A stretch of DNA of 64,000 nucleotides, taken from Propionibacteriales bacterium. Its GTDB lineage: Bacteria; Actinomycetota; Actinomycetes; Propionibacteriales; Nocardioidaceae. The position numbers were made by a program, and so were the translations under genes. A model generated the notes under the pieces. It made no database searches. It was not told where the DNA came from and saw nothing but the letters and a program-made list of their open reading frames with translations. Within the stretch, counting starts at the first letter, position 1; every line of letters starts with the position of its first letter. Positions 18,139 through 25,169 of the stretch are shown here, piece by piece. The stretch spans positions 8,857 through 72,856 of the forward strand of contig JBBSET010000008.1 in assembly GCA_038239485.1 (NCBI GenBank), read 5' to 3'.

Positions 18139-20370
18139 ATGGCCAACCAACGCAAGGCCCTCGTCGTCGCGACCGACCGCTATGCGGACCCGTCGTTGCG
18201 GCAGCTCGCGGCGCCCGCCGCGGACGCGGCGGCGCTCGCCGAGGTCCTGTCGGCACCTGATCTCGGCGCGTTCTCGGTCGACCTGCTGACCAACGCCCAG
18301 TCCTGGGAGGTCGACGGGGCGGTCGAGACGCTCTTCACCGAGAGCGACGCCTCAGACCTGCTGCTCCTGCATTTCTCCTGCCACGGCATCAAGGACGAGC
18401 GCGGCGAGCTCTTCCTCGCCGCGAGCAACACGGTCCCGAACCGGCTGATGTCGACCGCGGTCGAAGCCGCTCAGGTCAGTAGGCTGATGCAACGCAGCCG
18501 GGCCCAGCGGATCGTGCTGTTGCTGGACTGCTGCTACGGGGGGGCCTTCGAGCGTGGCATGGTCGCGCGGGCGGCGGGCGACGTGGACGTGGCCGACCAG
18601 TTCTCGCAGACATCGCTTGCGGCGGGGCGCGGTCGAGTGGTGATCACCTCGTCCAGCGCGATGGAGTACGCCTTCGAGGGCGCCCAGCTGACCGACAGCC
18701 GCAAGCCCACGCCCTCGCTCTTCACCGGTGCCCTGGTCGAGGGAATCCGCACCGGCGAGGCCGACCGCGACCAGGACGGCCAGGTCGCGCTGCACGAGCT
18801 GTACGACTACGTGCACGACAAGGTCCGACAGCAGACCCCGAACCAGACACCGAGCAAGTGGGAGTTCGGCGTCCAAGGGGACTTGTTCGTCGCTCGGAAC
18901 CCGCGCCGTCGCATCGTGGCCGCGCGGCTGCCGACCGAGCTGGTCCGGCTGACTGAACACCCCACCACGCCGATGCGGCTCGCCGCCGTTCTCGAGCTCG
19001 AGCAGCTCGCGGTCGGCTCCGATCTCCCCGTGGCTGCCGGAGCGCGCGTCAGGCTCGGCGAGCTCGAGAACGACGACAGCCGCCGGGTGTCCCTCGCGGC
19101 GACGGACGCCCTGCGCCGAACCTCGGTCCGGGTCACTCCCGAGGCCGTCGACACGGGTGAGGTGGCGTCCGGGCAACCCGTGCATCTCAACGTCAAGGTT
19201 GAGGGAAGCCCGCTCGCGCTCGCTTCGGAGGTCAGCTCGTCGCTCGAACGCCTCGACGCCCGCATCGAGGGCCACACCCTGCGCATCTCGGTCCGAACTG
19301 CCGAACCCGGGCCCCTCGACGGAGCCATCCGGCTCAGCGGACCCGCCGGCGAGGCGAGCGTCACGATCCGCGGCGTCGTCGTCGCCGGCGCTCGGACCCC
19401 GACCCGAACCCTGCTCACCGAGCCCACGACGACCGAGCCCAGAGCCACCCGGCCGACTACGACCGAGCCCACCACGACCGAGCCCACCACGACCGAGCCC
19501 ACCACGACCGAGCCCACCACGACCGAGCCCACCACGACCGAGCCCAGGGCCACCGACCAGCAGGCCGGCGTGGCAGGCAACCGTGAGCTCGCCGCGGTAC
19601 TCATGGTCGCCGGTTCGGTGGCGATGGCGCTGTCGTTCATCCTGGTGGGCAGCGGGGCTCTCGCTGACTCGTCGAACAATCTGCACATGAACCCGTCAAC
19701 CAGGAATGTCTGGCTGCTGGGACTCCCGATGGCCGCGTTCGCCGCAGCGCCGCTGCTCTTCCGTCCCGGCATCAGCCGCTCCCACGGGATCGCCGTCGCT
19801 CAGGGGATCGCGCTCGCGTCAGCACTGTGGAGCTGGGTGCTCGTCGTCCGTGTCGTCGTACCAGCGATCTACGTCGACGGGCTTGGGACGACCCTGCGGG
19901 GTATCTTCGTCACCGCCCTCTGGCTCCGCCTGCTCGCCGCGGTGGCCTTCACCCTCGTCAGCGCGGTTCTCGTCGAGCGGTCGGAGGCTGCTCGGGTGCC
20001 ACCGCGGCTACGCAGCGACGCACGCGCGCTGCTCGGCGCGGTCATCGTCTTGGGCGGTGCCATGGTGCTCCCGATCGGGCTCCAAAGCGATGGGTACACG
20101 GCCGCCCAGGTCGCGGGTGGCTGGGCGCAGGCGGCAGTCTTCTGGGTGGTGATCCTGCCGCTGGCAGTCATCCGGCTCACGCCGGCTCAGCGCGAGGCCG
20201 TACTGATCTTCATCGTGGCGTTCACCGTCTTCGCCGGAGCACGAGCGGTCAGCGTGTCCGGCAGCCACGGCTTCTTCCAGACGGCAACCGGTGCCGGTCT
20301 CGTCATGCTCGCCTGCCTGCTCATCGGTATCGCTGTCAGCCAGGTCCCGACGGGCGCCCGGACGCCATGA
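18139..20370 (+). CDS. Caspase-family (peptidase C14) protein fused to a helical repeat, a beta-rich segment, a TTEP tandem-repeat linker and a ~8-TM C-terminal membrane domain
   Basis: 743 aa. The catalytic dyad context is LLLLHFSCHG (His82, nt 18382-18384) and VLLLDCCYGG (Cys131/132). A DRDQDG EF-hand-like loop and a HEAT/ARM-like segment (RLAAVLELEQLA...DDSRRVSLAATDALRR) follow. The TTEP repeats span aa ~430-470 and eight hydrophobic helices run from aa ~483 to the end. The gene starts 6 nt after the EACC1-like stop. Confidence 0.85.
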   Translation: MANQRKALVVATDRYADPSLRQLAAPAADAAALAEVLSAPDLGAFSVDLLTNAQSWEVDGAVETLFTESDASDLLLLHFSCHGIKDERGELFLAASNTVPNRLMSTAVEAAQVSRLMQRSRAQRIVLLLDCCYGGAFERGMVARAAGDVDVADQFSQTSLAAGRGRVVITSSSAMEYAFEGAQLTDSRKPTPSLFTGALVEGIRTGEADRDQDGQVALHELYDYVHDKVRQQTPNQTPSKWEFGVQGDLFVARNPRRRIVAARLPTELVRLTEHPTTPMRLAAVLELEQLAVGSDLPVAAGARVRLGELENDDSRRVSLAATDALRRTSVRVTPEAVDTGEVASGQPVHLNVKVEGSPLALASEVSSSLERLDARIEGHTLRISVRTAEPGPLDGAIRLSGPAGEASVTIRGVVVAGARTPTRTLLTEPTTTEPRATRPTTTEPTTTEPTTTEPTTTEPTTTEPTTTEPRATDQQAGVAGNRELAAVLMVAGSVAMALSFILVGSGALADSSNNLHMNPSTRNVWLLGLPMAAFAAAPLLFRPGISRSHGIAVAQGIALASALWSWVLVVRVVVPAIYVDGLGTTLRGIFVTALWLRLLAAVAFTLVSAVLVERSEAARVPPRLRSDARALLGAVIVLGGAMVLPIGLQSDGYTAAQVAGGWAQAAVFWVVILPLAVIRLTPAQREAVLIFIVAFTVFAGARAVSVSGSHGFFQTATGAGLVMLACLLIGIAVSQVPTGARTP
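19426..19545 (+). repeat. 15-bp in-frame tandem repeat (ACCACGACCGAGCCC = TTTEP): five perfect copies (19471-19545) plus about three degenerate copies upstream
   Basis: Read directly from the sequence. It encodes EPTTTEPRATRPTTTEPTTTEPTTTEPTTTEPTTTEPTTTEP between the soluble and membrane parts of the caspase protein. Confidence 0.95.
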
Positions 20371-22208
20371 GAATGCCCTGGCGGTCGAGAACACCACGCG
20401 AGCCGAGGTCGCGCTACCGGTCCAGCCTGCTGTGGCGCGTCTACGACGGGGTGTCGACGTGGGCCGACCGCCAGCGCGGCTGGGACCGGTATCCGCTGCC
20501 GATCGGCCTGGCGGTGCTGATCGGGCTTCGCAACGAGCTGCGCCGCCACAACCTGCACGACACGAACCTGCTGCCGACGGTCGATCTGCCGCCGCTGGGC
20601 CCGCCCCCCGGCGACGACACGACGCGCACCGTCGACGGCAGCTACAACGACCCCCAGTCGCCGCGGACGGGGATGGCTGGTGCTCGCTTCGGCCGCAATG
20701 TGCCGCTCGACCGGGTCACTGCCGACACCGCCGCCACGATCCTCGACCCGAACCCGCGAGAGGTCAGTCGGCGCCTGCTCACGCGGCACGAGTTCCAACC
20801 CGCGACGTCCATCAACGTCATCGCGGCCGGCTGGCTGCAGTTCATGATCAAGGACTGGTTCAGCCACGGTCCCGGCGACGCCGACAAGCCGTGGCGGCTG
20901 CCCCTGTCAGCAGACGACGACTGGCCACAGCGGCCGATGCTGGTGCCGAGCACCGTCCCCGACCCGACCAGGCCGGCAGGCTCGGACGGGCCGCCGACCT
21001 TCGCCAACACGCTCACCCACTGGTGGGACCTGTCGTCGATCTACGGCACGTCGGAGCAGGCGCAGGCGGCCTTCCGCTCCGGAACCGACGGCAAGCTGCT
21101 GATAGCACCCGGCGGGATCATCCCGCTGCCGTCCGACGACCCGGCGACCGACCCGACCCGCCAACCCGGGTTCTGGGTCGGGCTGGGCATGCTGGCCAGC
21201 CTGTTCGCGCACGAGCACAATGCGATCTGCGACCGGATCCGGCACGACTTTCCGCGCTGGTCCGACGACGAGGTCTTCGAGCGGGCTCGACTCGTCAACG
21301 CCGCGGTCGTAGCCAAGATCCATACCGTCGAATGGACCCCCGCGATCATCGCCCACCCGACCACCAAGGTGGCGATGCGCGCCAACTGGTTCGGCATCGA
21401 GGGCGAGCGGCTGCACCGCCTCTTCGGCCGGCTCAGCTCGAGTGAGGTGATCAGTGGGATTCCCGGTTCGCCGAGGGAGCAGTACGGGGTCCCGTACTCC
21501 CTGACAGAGGAGTTCGCGGCCGTCTACCGGATGCACCCCCTGCTGCCGGACGACTTCCGGATCAAGACGGCCGCAACCAGCGGACAGCCTCGCGAGCTCG
21601 ACTTCACGCAGCTCGCCGGACCAGCGAGCCGCGAGGTCTTCGGGCAGTCATCGCTGTCGGACCTGTTCTACTCGTTCGGAACCGCCTACGCGGGAGCGGT
21701 GGTCCTCAACAACTATCCGCGCGGACTCCAGCACTTCATCCGCCCCGACAACGGGATGCCGATGGACATCGCCGCCGTCGACATCTTGCGCATCCGCGAA
21801 GGTGGCGTACCCCGCTACAACGAGTTCCGCCGGCTGCTGAGACTTCGTCCGGCGCGGGACTTCGAGGACCTGACCCAGGACACTCGCCTCGCCGCCGAGG
21901 TGAGCGAGGTGTACGGCGGCGACATCGAGAAGGTCGACCTGATGATCGGGCTGTTCGCCGAGAAGCGGCCCGAGGGCTTCGGCTTCAGCGACACCGCCTT
22001 CCGCATCTTCATCCTGATGGCCAGCAGGCGGCTCAACAGCGACCGCTTCTTCACCAGCGACTACGATCCACGGGTGTACACCACGGCGGGAGTGGCCTGG
22101 ATCGACGACGCAACGATGAGCACGGTGCTACGCCGTCACTGCCCTGACCTGGCGCACCGCCTGAATGCCAAGGCGAATGCCTTCCAGCCCTGGCCCGGGA
22201 CCCCCTGA
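20367..22208 (+). CDS. Haem peroxidase-cyclooxygenase superfamily protein, plant alpha-dioxygenase (PIOX)-like fatty-acid oxygenase
   Basis: 613 aa from ATG 20367, which overlaps the caspase stop (ATGA). The ORF-track N-terminal extension from 19827 is spurious. The protein aligns by eye with plant alpha-DOX along its length: YPLPIGLAVLIGLRNELRRHNL, DGSYNDPQSP..GARFGRN, AAGWLQFMIKDW, LFAHEHNAICD, ARLVNAAVVAKIHTVEWTP, MRANWFG and EEFAAVYRMHPLLPD. Confidence 0.85.
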   Translation: MRMPWRSRTPREPRSRYRSSLLWRVYDGVSTWADRQRGWDRYPLPIGLAVLIGLRNELRRHNLHDTNLLPTVDLPPLGPPPGDDTTRTVDGSYNDPQSPRTGMAGARFGRNVPLDRVTADTAATILDPNPREVSRRLLTRHEFQPATSINVIAAGWLQFMIKDWFSHGPGDADKPWRLPLSADDDWPQRPMLVPSTVPDPTRPAGSDGPPTFANTLTHWWDLSSIYGTSEQAQAAFRSGTDGKLLIAPGGIIPLPSDDPATDPTRQPGFWVGLGMLASLFAHEHNAICDRIRHDFPRWSDDEVFERARLVNAAVVAKIHTVEWTPAIIAHPTTKVAMRANWFGIEGERLHRLFGRLSSSEVISGIPGSPREQYGVPYSLTEEFAAVYRMHPLLPDDFRIKTAATSGQPRELDFTQLAGPASREVFGQSSLSDLFYSFGTAYAGAVVLNNYPRGLQHFIRPDNGMPMDIAAVDILRIREGGVPRYNEFRRLLRLRPARDFEDLTQDTRLAAEVSEVYGGDIEKVDLMIGLFAEKRPEGFGFSDTAFRIFILMASRRLNSDRFFTSDYDPRVYTTAGVAWIDDATMSTVLRRHCPDLAHRLNAKANAFQPWPGTP

Positions 22209-22229
22209 CCGCTTTCAGCGCGACCCCGC

Positions 22230-23906
22230 TCAGGTCGGGATGACGCTGCCGCCCGCCGTCGTCCGGTCGCCCACCCGGATGGTGAGACGCGCTGTCGAAC
22301 CCAGCACCGGCAGCTTCTGAGCGACCGCGGGCAGCGGCACCGAGCACAGACGCACACCGTCGACCAGCTCGAACGCGACCGGCGCCCGCTGGTCCGCAGG
22401 CAGCCCGTCGCTGATCGGGTCGAGCTGGTCGTTGACACCGCCGACCTGGCTGACCCAGGCGACCCGCGCCTGTAGGCCCTTGCCGTCCTCGTTGGGACCG
22501 ACATCCACGACCAGCGAGTCGGCCCAGTCGGGGACCTGCTCGAGGTGCTCGGCGAAGCGGAACGCGTTACCGCGCTCCACCAGCTTGAAGACCTTCATCG
22601 TGAGCACGTAGCGCAGCCGCCCGGCGTGGCGCTGAGGAAGCTCGGTCTCACCGCGCTCGCGGGCGAGCTCGGCCTCGTGACCGGCGTCGAGCAGGACTGT
22701 CGTGACCAGTGGCACGGGGGTGTCGGGGGAGTCCACGTGCCGGCGCAGCTCGTCGTTGATCTGGATCGGGCACCAGTGCTCGGCCTGCTGCTCGCTGATC
22801 ACCACCGACATGCCGCGAATGGCCAGCCGGACGTCGGCCTGCCATACCGGCCACTGTTGCTCGGGCGGGAGGTTGCCCATGTCACGCGGGTAGGCAGGCA
22901 GCCCGTCCAGGGCCACGCTGACCTCCCAGCGGCCGAACAGGAACCGACGCAGGTTCTGGTATCCCTCCTCGGAGTTGACCTCCCCGTAGGACCCCGAGTG
23001 CGACTTGTAGACATAGGCGCGATGGGCGCGGCGGACGTACGCGTGCTCGATCCTGACCAGACCGTCGCTCTTCGGCCCGACGACCATGCGCGACAGGCCG
23101 AAGTCCTTCGGGTCGGTGCCGATCAGGCAGAAGATGTCAGACGGAGCGAAGACGGCATCGGGGATCTCTTGGGGGTCCCAGCCGGAGCCGGCCGACGGCA
23201 CGTCCCCGAAGGTCTTGCCCGGCGTCAGGTAGCCATACATCTTCGGCGGCGAGAAGATGTCCGCCCCCGCCGGGCCGAAGGCCTGCTCGGCCCAGTCCAG
23301 CGCCTTCACGTCGAAGGTGATGCCGCCGTGCGGCGTGCCGTAGGTGAAGAGCTTCGCCACCAGCTGCTTGGCCTTGATCCGGCCATCGCTCTCGCAGACC
23401 TTCTGCATCATCGACCGAACCACGAGGCCACCCATGGAGTGCGCCACGAGGAACACCTTGTCCGCACCGGTCTTCTCCCGGACCGTCAGGATCAGGTCGT
23501 ACAGGCCGCTCGCGGCGGTCTCGATGTCGAAGCCATCCGACGTCACCCGCTGGTGCAGACCGGTCCACAGCCGCTCCAGCACCCCTTCGTGCTTCGGCGA
23601 GACGAAGGTGGTTGCCGCCTGGTCGTAGAAGCGGTACACCCACAGCGAGCGCTGCGGGACCGAGCCGTCCGCCGCGTCGTTCAGGTACTGCTGCTGGTCG
23701 CCGCTGACCAGGAGCCGGTAGTTCTCGTCGGTGATGAGCCGAAGCATCGGCCCTTCGAACTGGTAGAACATCGGGTCCCCGTCCCCACCGACCCGCACAT
23801 GGGTGGCGCCGCGGTTGAACCCGTAGAAGGGGTCGTCGACCTGGCTGTCGATGCCGGCTGTCGCCCCGGCGTAGCCGCGCACGTACACGATCGGCAGCCT
23901 GTCCAT
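22230..23906 (-). CDS. Alpha/beta-hydrolase, lipase/PGAP1-like (GxSxG) with a ~290-aa uncharacterised beta-rich C-terminal domain
   Basis: 558 aa with the nucleophile elbow FLVAHSMGGLV, GTPHGG, and HSGSYGEVNSEEGYQNLRRFLFG (probable catalytic His region). There is no signal peptide. The gene converges on the oxygenase gene with a 21-bp gap. Confidence 0.75.
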   Translation of the reverse strand: MDRLPIVYVRGYAGATAGIDSQVDDPFYGFNRGATHVRVGGDGDPMFYQFEGPMLRLITDENYRLLVSGDQQQYLNDAADGSVPQRSLWVYRFYDQAATTFVSPKHEGVLERLWTGLHQRVTSDGFDIETAASGLYDLILTVREKTGADKVFLVAHSMGGLVVRSMMQKVCESDGRIKAKQLVAKLFTYGTPHGGITFDVKALDWAEQAFGPAGADIFSPPKMYGYLTPGKTFGDVPSAGSGWDPQEIPDAVFAPSDIFCLIGTDPKDFGLSRMVVGPKSDGLVRIEHAYVRRAHRAYVYKSHSGSYGEVNSEEGYQNLRRFLFGRWEVSVALDGLPAYPRDMGNLPPEQQWPVWQADVRLAIRGMSVVISEQQAEHWCPIQINDELRRHVDSPDTPVPLVTTVLLDAGHEAELARERGETELPQRHAGRLRYVLTMKVFKLVERGNAFRFAEHLEQVPDWADSLVVDVGPNEDGKGLQARVAWVSQVGGVNDQLDPISDGLPADQRAPVAFELVDGVRLCSVPLPAVAQKLPVLGSTARLTIRVGDRTTAGGSVIPT

Positions 23907-23922
23907 GACAACCTTCTCTCGC

Positions 23923-24618
23923 TCACGCCTCGCGCAGTCTGCGCTCGTACCACAGGGTCGTCACGACGTAGCCGCTGAGGAAGCCGACGACGAAGTAGAG
24001 CACCAGCAAGGACCCGGAGATCACCAGGGCGGTGTCACTGGGCTGGCCAGCGCCCGAGTCCTCCATCCCGCGTGCGACTGCGGTGACGAGGCCGCCGAGC
24101 GGAGCCCCCAGGTGCGTGAGCTCCACCAGGCCGGCGCCCAGCAGGAGCTTGGTCAGCCAGTCGCTGACCTCGGCAAGGTTCGAGCTCTGCGTGAACTGGG
24201 CCACCGGCGCGGACTCGCGGATCTCGAGGCCACCCTGGGCGCCGGACGGCGATGCCGACTCGTCGACCATCAGGCCGCCTTCAGTGGCGGTCGTCGTCCC
24301 TGAGGTCGCAGGGATCGTGGTCGTCGTCGTGGCTGTGGTGTCGGTCTGGGTCTGGGTGACGACTTTGGGGGCGTCGGCCTTGTGCCGGACCTCGCCGGAG
24401 GACACCGCTCGGGGGACGCCGAACAAGAAGCCGAGCAGGCAGCCCGTGACGAAGGCCGCGAATGCGGTCAGCAGGCCGACGCCGAGATAACGGACAGATG
24501 GCCCGGGCGTGGCGAACGCGTAGGCGGCGACCAGGACGAGGCCGACACCGAGCACAGCACCCGCAGTCATGAGCAGCCACTCGCTGACTCTCAAGGACCG
24601 CACCGGCGCCTCGCTCAC
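23923..24618 (-). CDS. Four-TM membrane protein with a Thr-rich central loop, function unknown
   Basis: 231 aa. Two N-terminal TM helices are followed by the low-complexity stretch TQTQTDTTATTTTTIPATSGTTTATEGG, then LAEVSDWLTKLLLGAGLVEL and a final TM helix. It lies 16 nt upstream of the lipase-like gene on the same strand. Confidence 0.6.
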   Translation of the reverse strand: MSEAPVRSLRVSEWLLMTAGAVLGVGLVLVAAYAFATPGPSVRYLGVGLLTAFAAFVTGCLLGFLFGVPRAVSSGEVRHKADAPKVVTQTQTDTTATTTTTIPATSGTTTATEGGLMVDESASPSGAQGGLEIRESAPVAQFTQSSNLAEVSDWLTKLLLGAGLVELTHLGAPLGGLVTAVARGMEDSGAGQPSDTALVISGSLLVLYFVVGFLSGYVVTTLWYERRLREA

Positions 24619-24726
24619 CTCGTGACCCTGTGGTGGGTCCGAAAAACACGATAGGGCTCGCTGGAGGGCGCGTAAAGAGCTGCGTCTAAGAGATCGCCTT
24701 CAGTGTCTGTGAGGGAGGGACGACTG

Positions 24727-24936
24727 CTACTGCTCGGCCTGCCGCTGGCTGGGGATGCCGGCAAGCAGTTCTCTGACCTCGGACTCGCGGTAGCGGCGGT
24801 GGCCACCCAGCGTGCGGATGGAGCTGAGCTTGCCCGCTTTGGCCCAGCGGGTGACGGTCTTCGGGTCGACGCGGAACATGGCCGCGACCTCGGCGGGCGT
24901 TAGCAACGGTTCTGAGTCGGTGGGTCGTGCATTCAC
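24727..24936 (-). CDS. bldC: BldC-type MerR-like/excisionase-family DNA-binding developmental regulator
   Basis: 69 aa reading EPLLTPAEVAAMFRVDPKTVTRWAKAGKLSSIRTLGGHRRYRESEVRELLAG, nearly identical to Streptomyces BldC as I recall it. Confidence 0.85.
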   Translation of the reverse strand: MNARPTDSEPLLTPAEVAAMFRVDPKTVTRWAKAGKLSSIRTLGGHRRYRESEVRELLAGIPSQRQAEQ

Positions 24937-25169
24937 GAGAACTCCTTGTGTGTTGTAGCCGGCGGACCCATAACGATACCCACCGCTCTCGTATCATGTC
25001 GTACGGTAACGTCGTGCCGCCCCCCGTGGCGAGTCTCAGTCAGACTCCAGGCGTAGGAAGTTTGGGGTATCCCGACTCAAAGGGTAGCCGAGCGGCCTTA
25101 AAAAGGCTCGCTAAATGTCCGCCGACATACGACAAAAATCCATCTGGCGTGGCAAATACCCAAATTTAA

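Noticed and set aside
19426-19545. Possibility that the tandem repeat is a CRISPR array or non-coding minisatellite
   Set aside because: The units are 15 bp with no spacers, and they are in frame within a long, well-supported CDS.
18352-19686. 444-aa minus-strand ORF with GLGRG repeats
   Set aside because: It is the antisense image of the caspase gene. Its GLGRGGLGRG repeat is simply the reverse complement of the TTEP tandem repeat.
19827-20366. 180-codon N-terminal extension of the oxygenase ORF (19827..22208)
   Set aside because: It overlaps the TM domain of the caspase gene in another frame and is Arg-rich. Homology to alpha-DOX begins right after ATG 20367, which forms an ATGA overlap with the caspase stop. 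The N-terminal extensions of ORFs 41198..43321, 40781..41890, 43338..45065, 25170..26171 and 61607..63454 were rejected on similar grounds.
22209-22229. Bidirectional terminator between the convergent oxygenase and lipase-like genes
   Set aside because: The gap is only 21 bp. CCTGACC...GCTCAGG pairing is imperfect and would extend into both coding regions, so it is not convincing.
17410-24726. Interpretation of the accessory block as a prophage, ICE or transposon
   Set aside because: I detected no integrase, transposase, tRNA attachment site or flanking direct or inverted repeats, and no visible GC shift.
25090-25125. Hairpin (GAGCGGCCTTAAAAAGGCTCGCT) as terminator of the 25170 gene or a leader element of bldC
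   Set aside because: The arms pair imperfectly, with only about 4+4 bp and internal mismatches, and no U-tract follows on the relevant strand.
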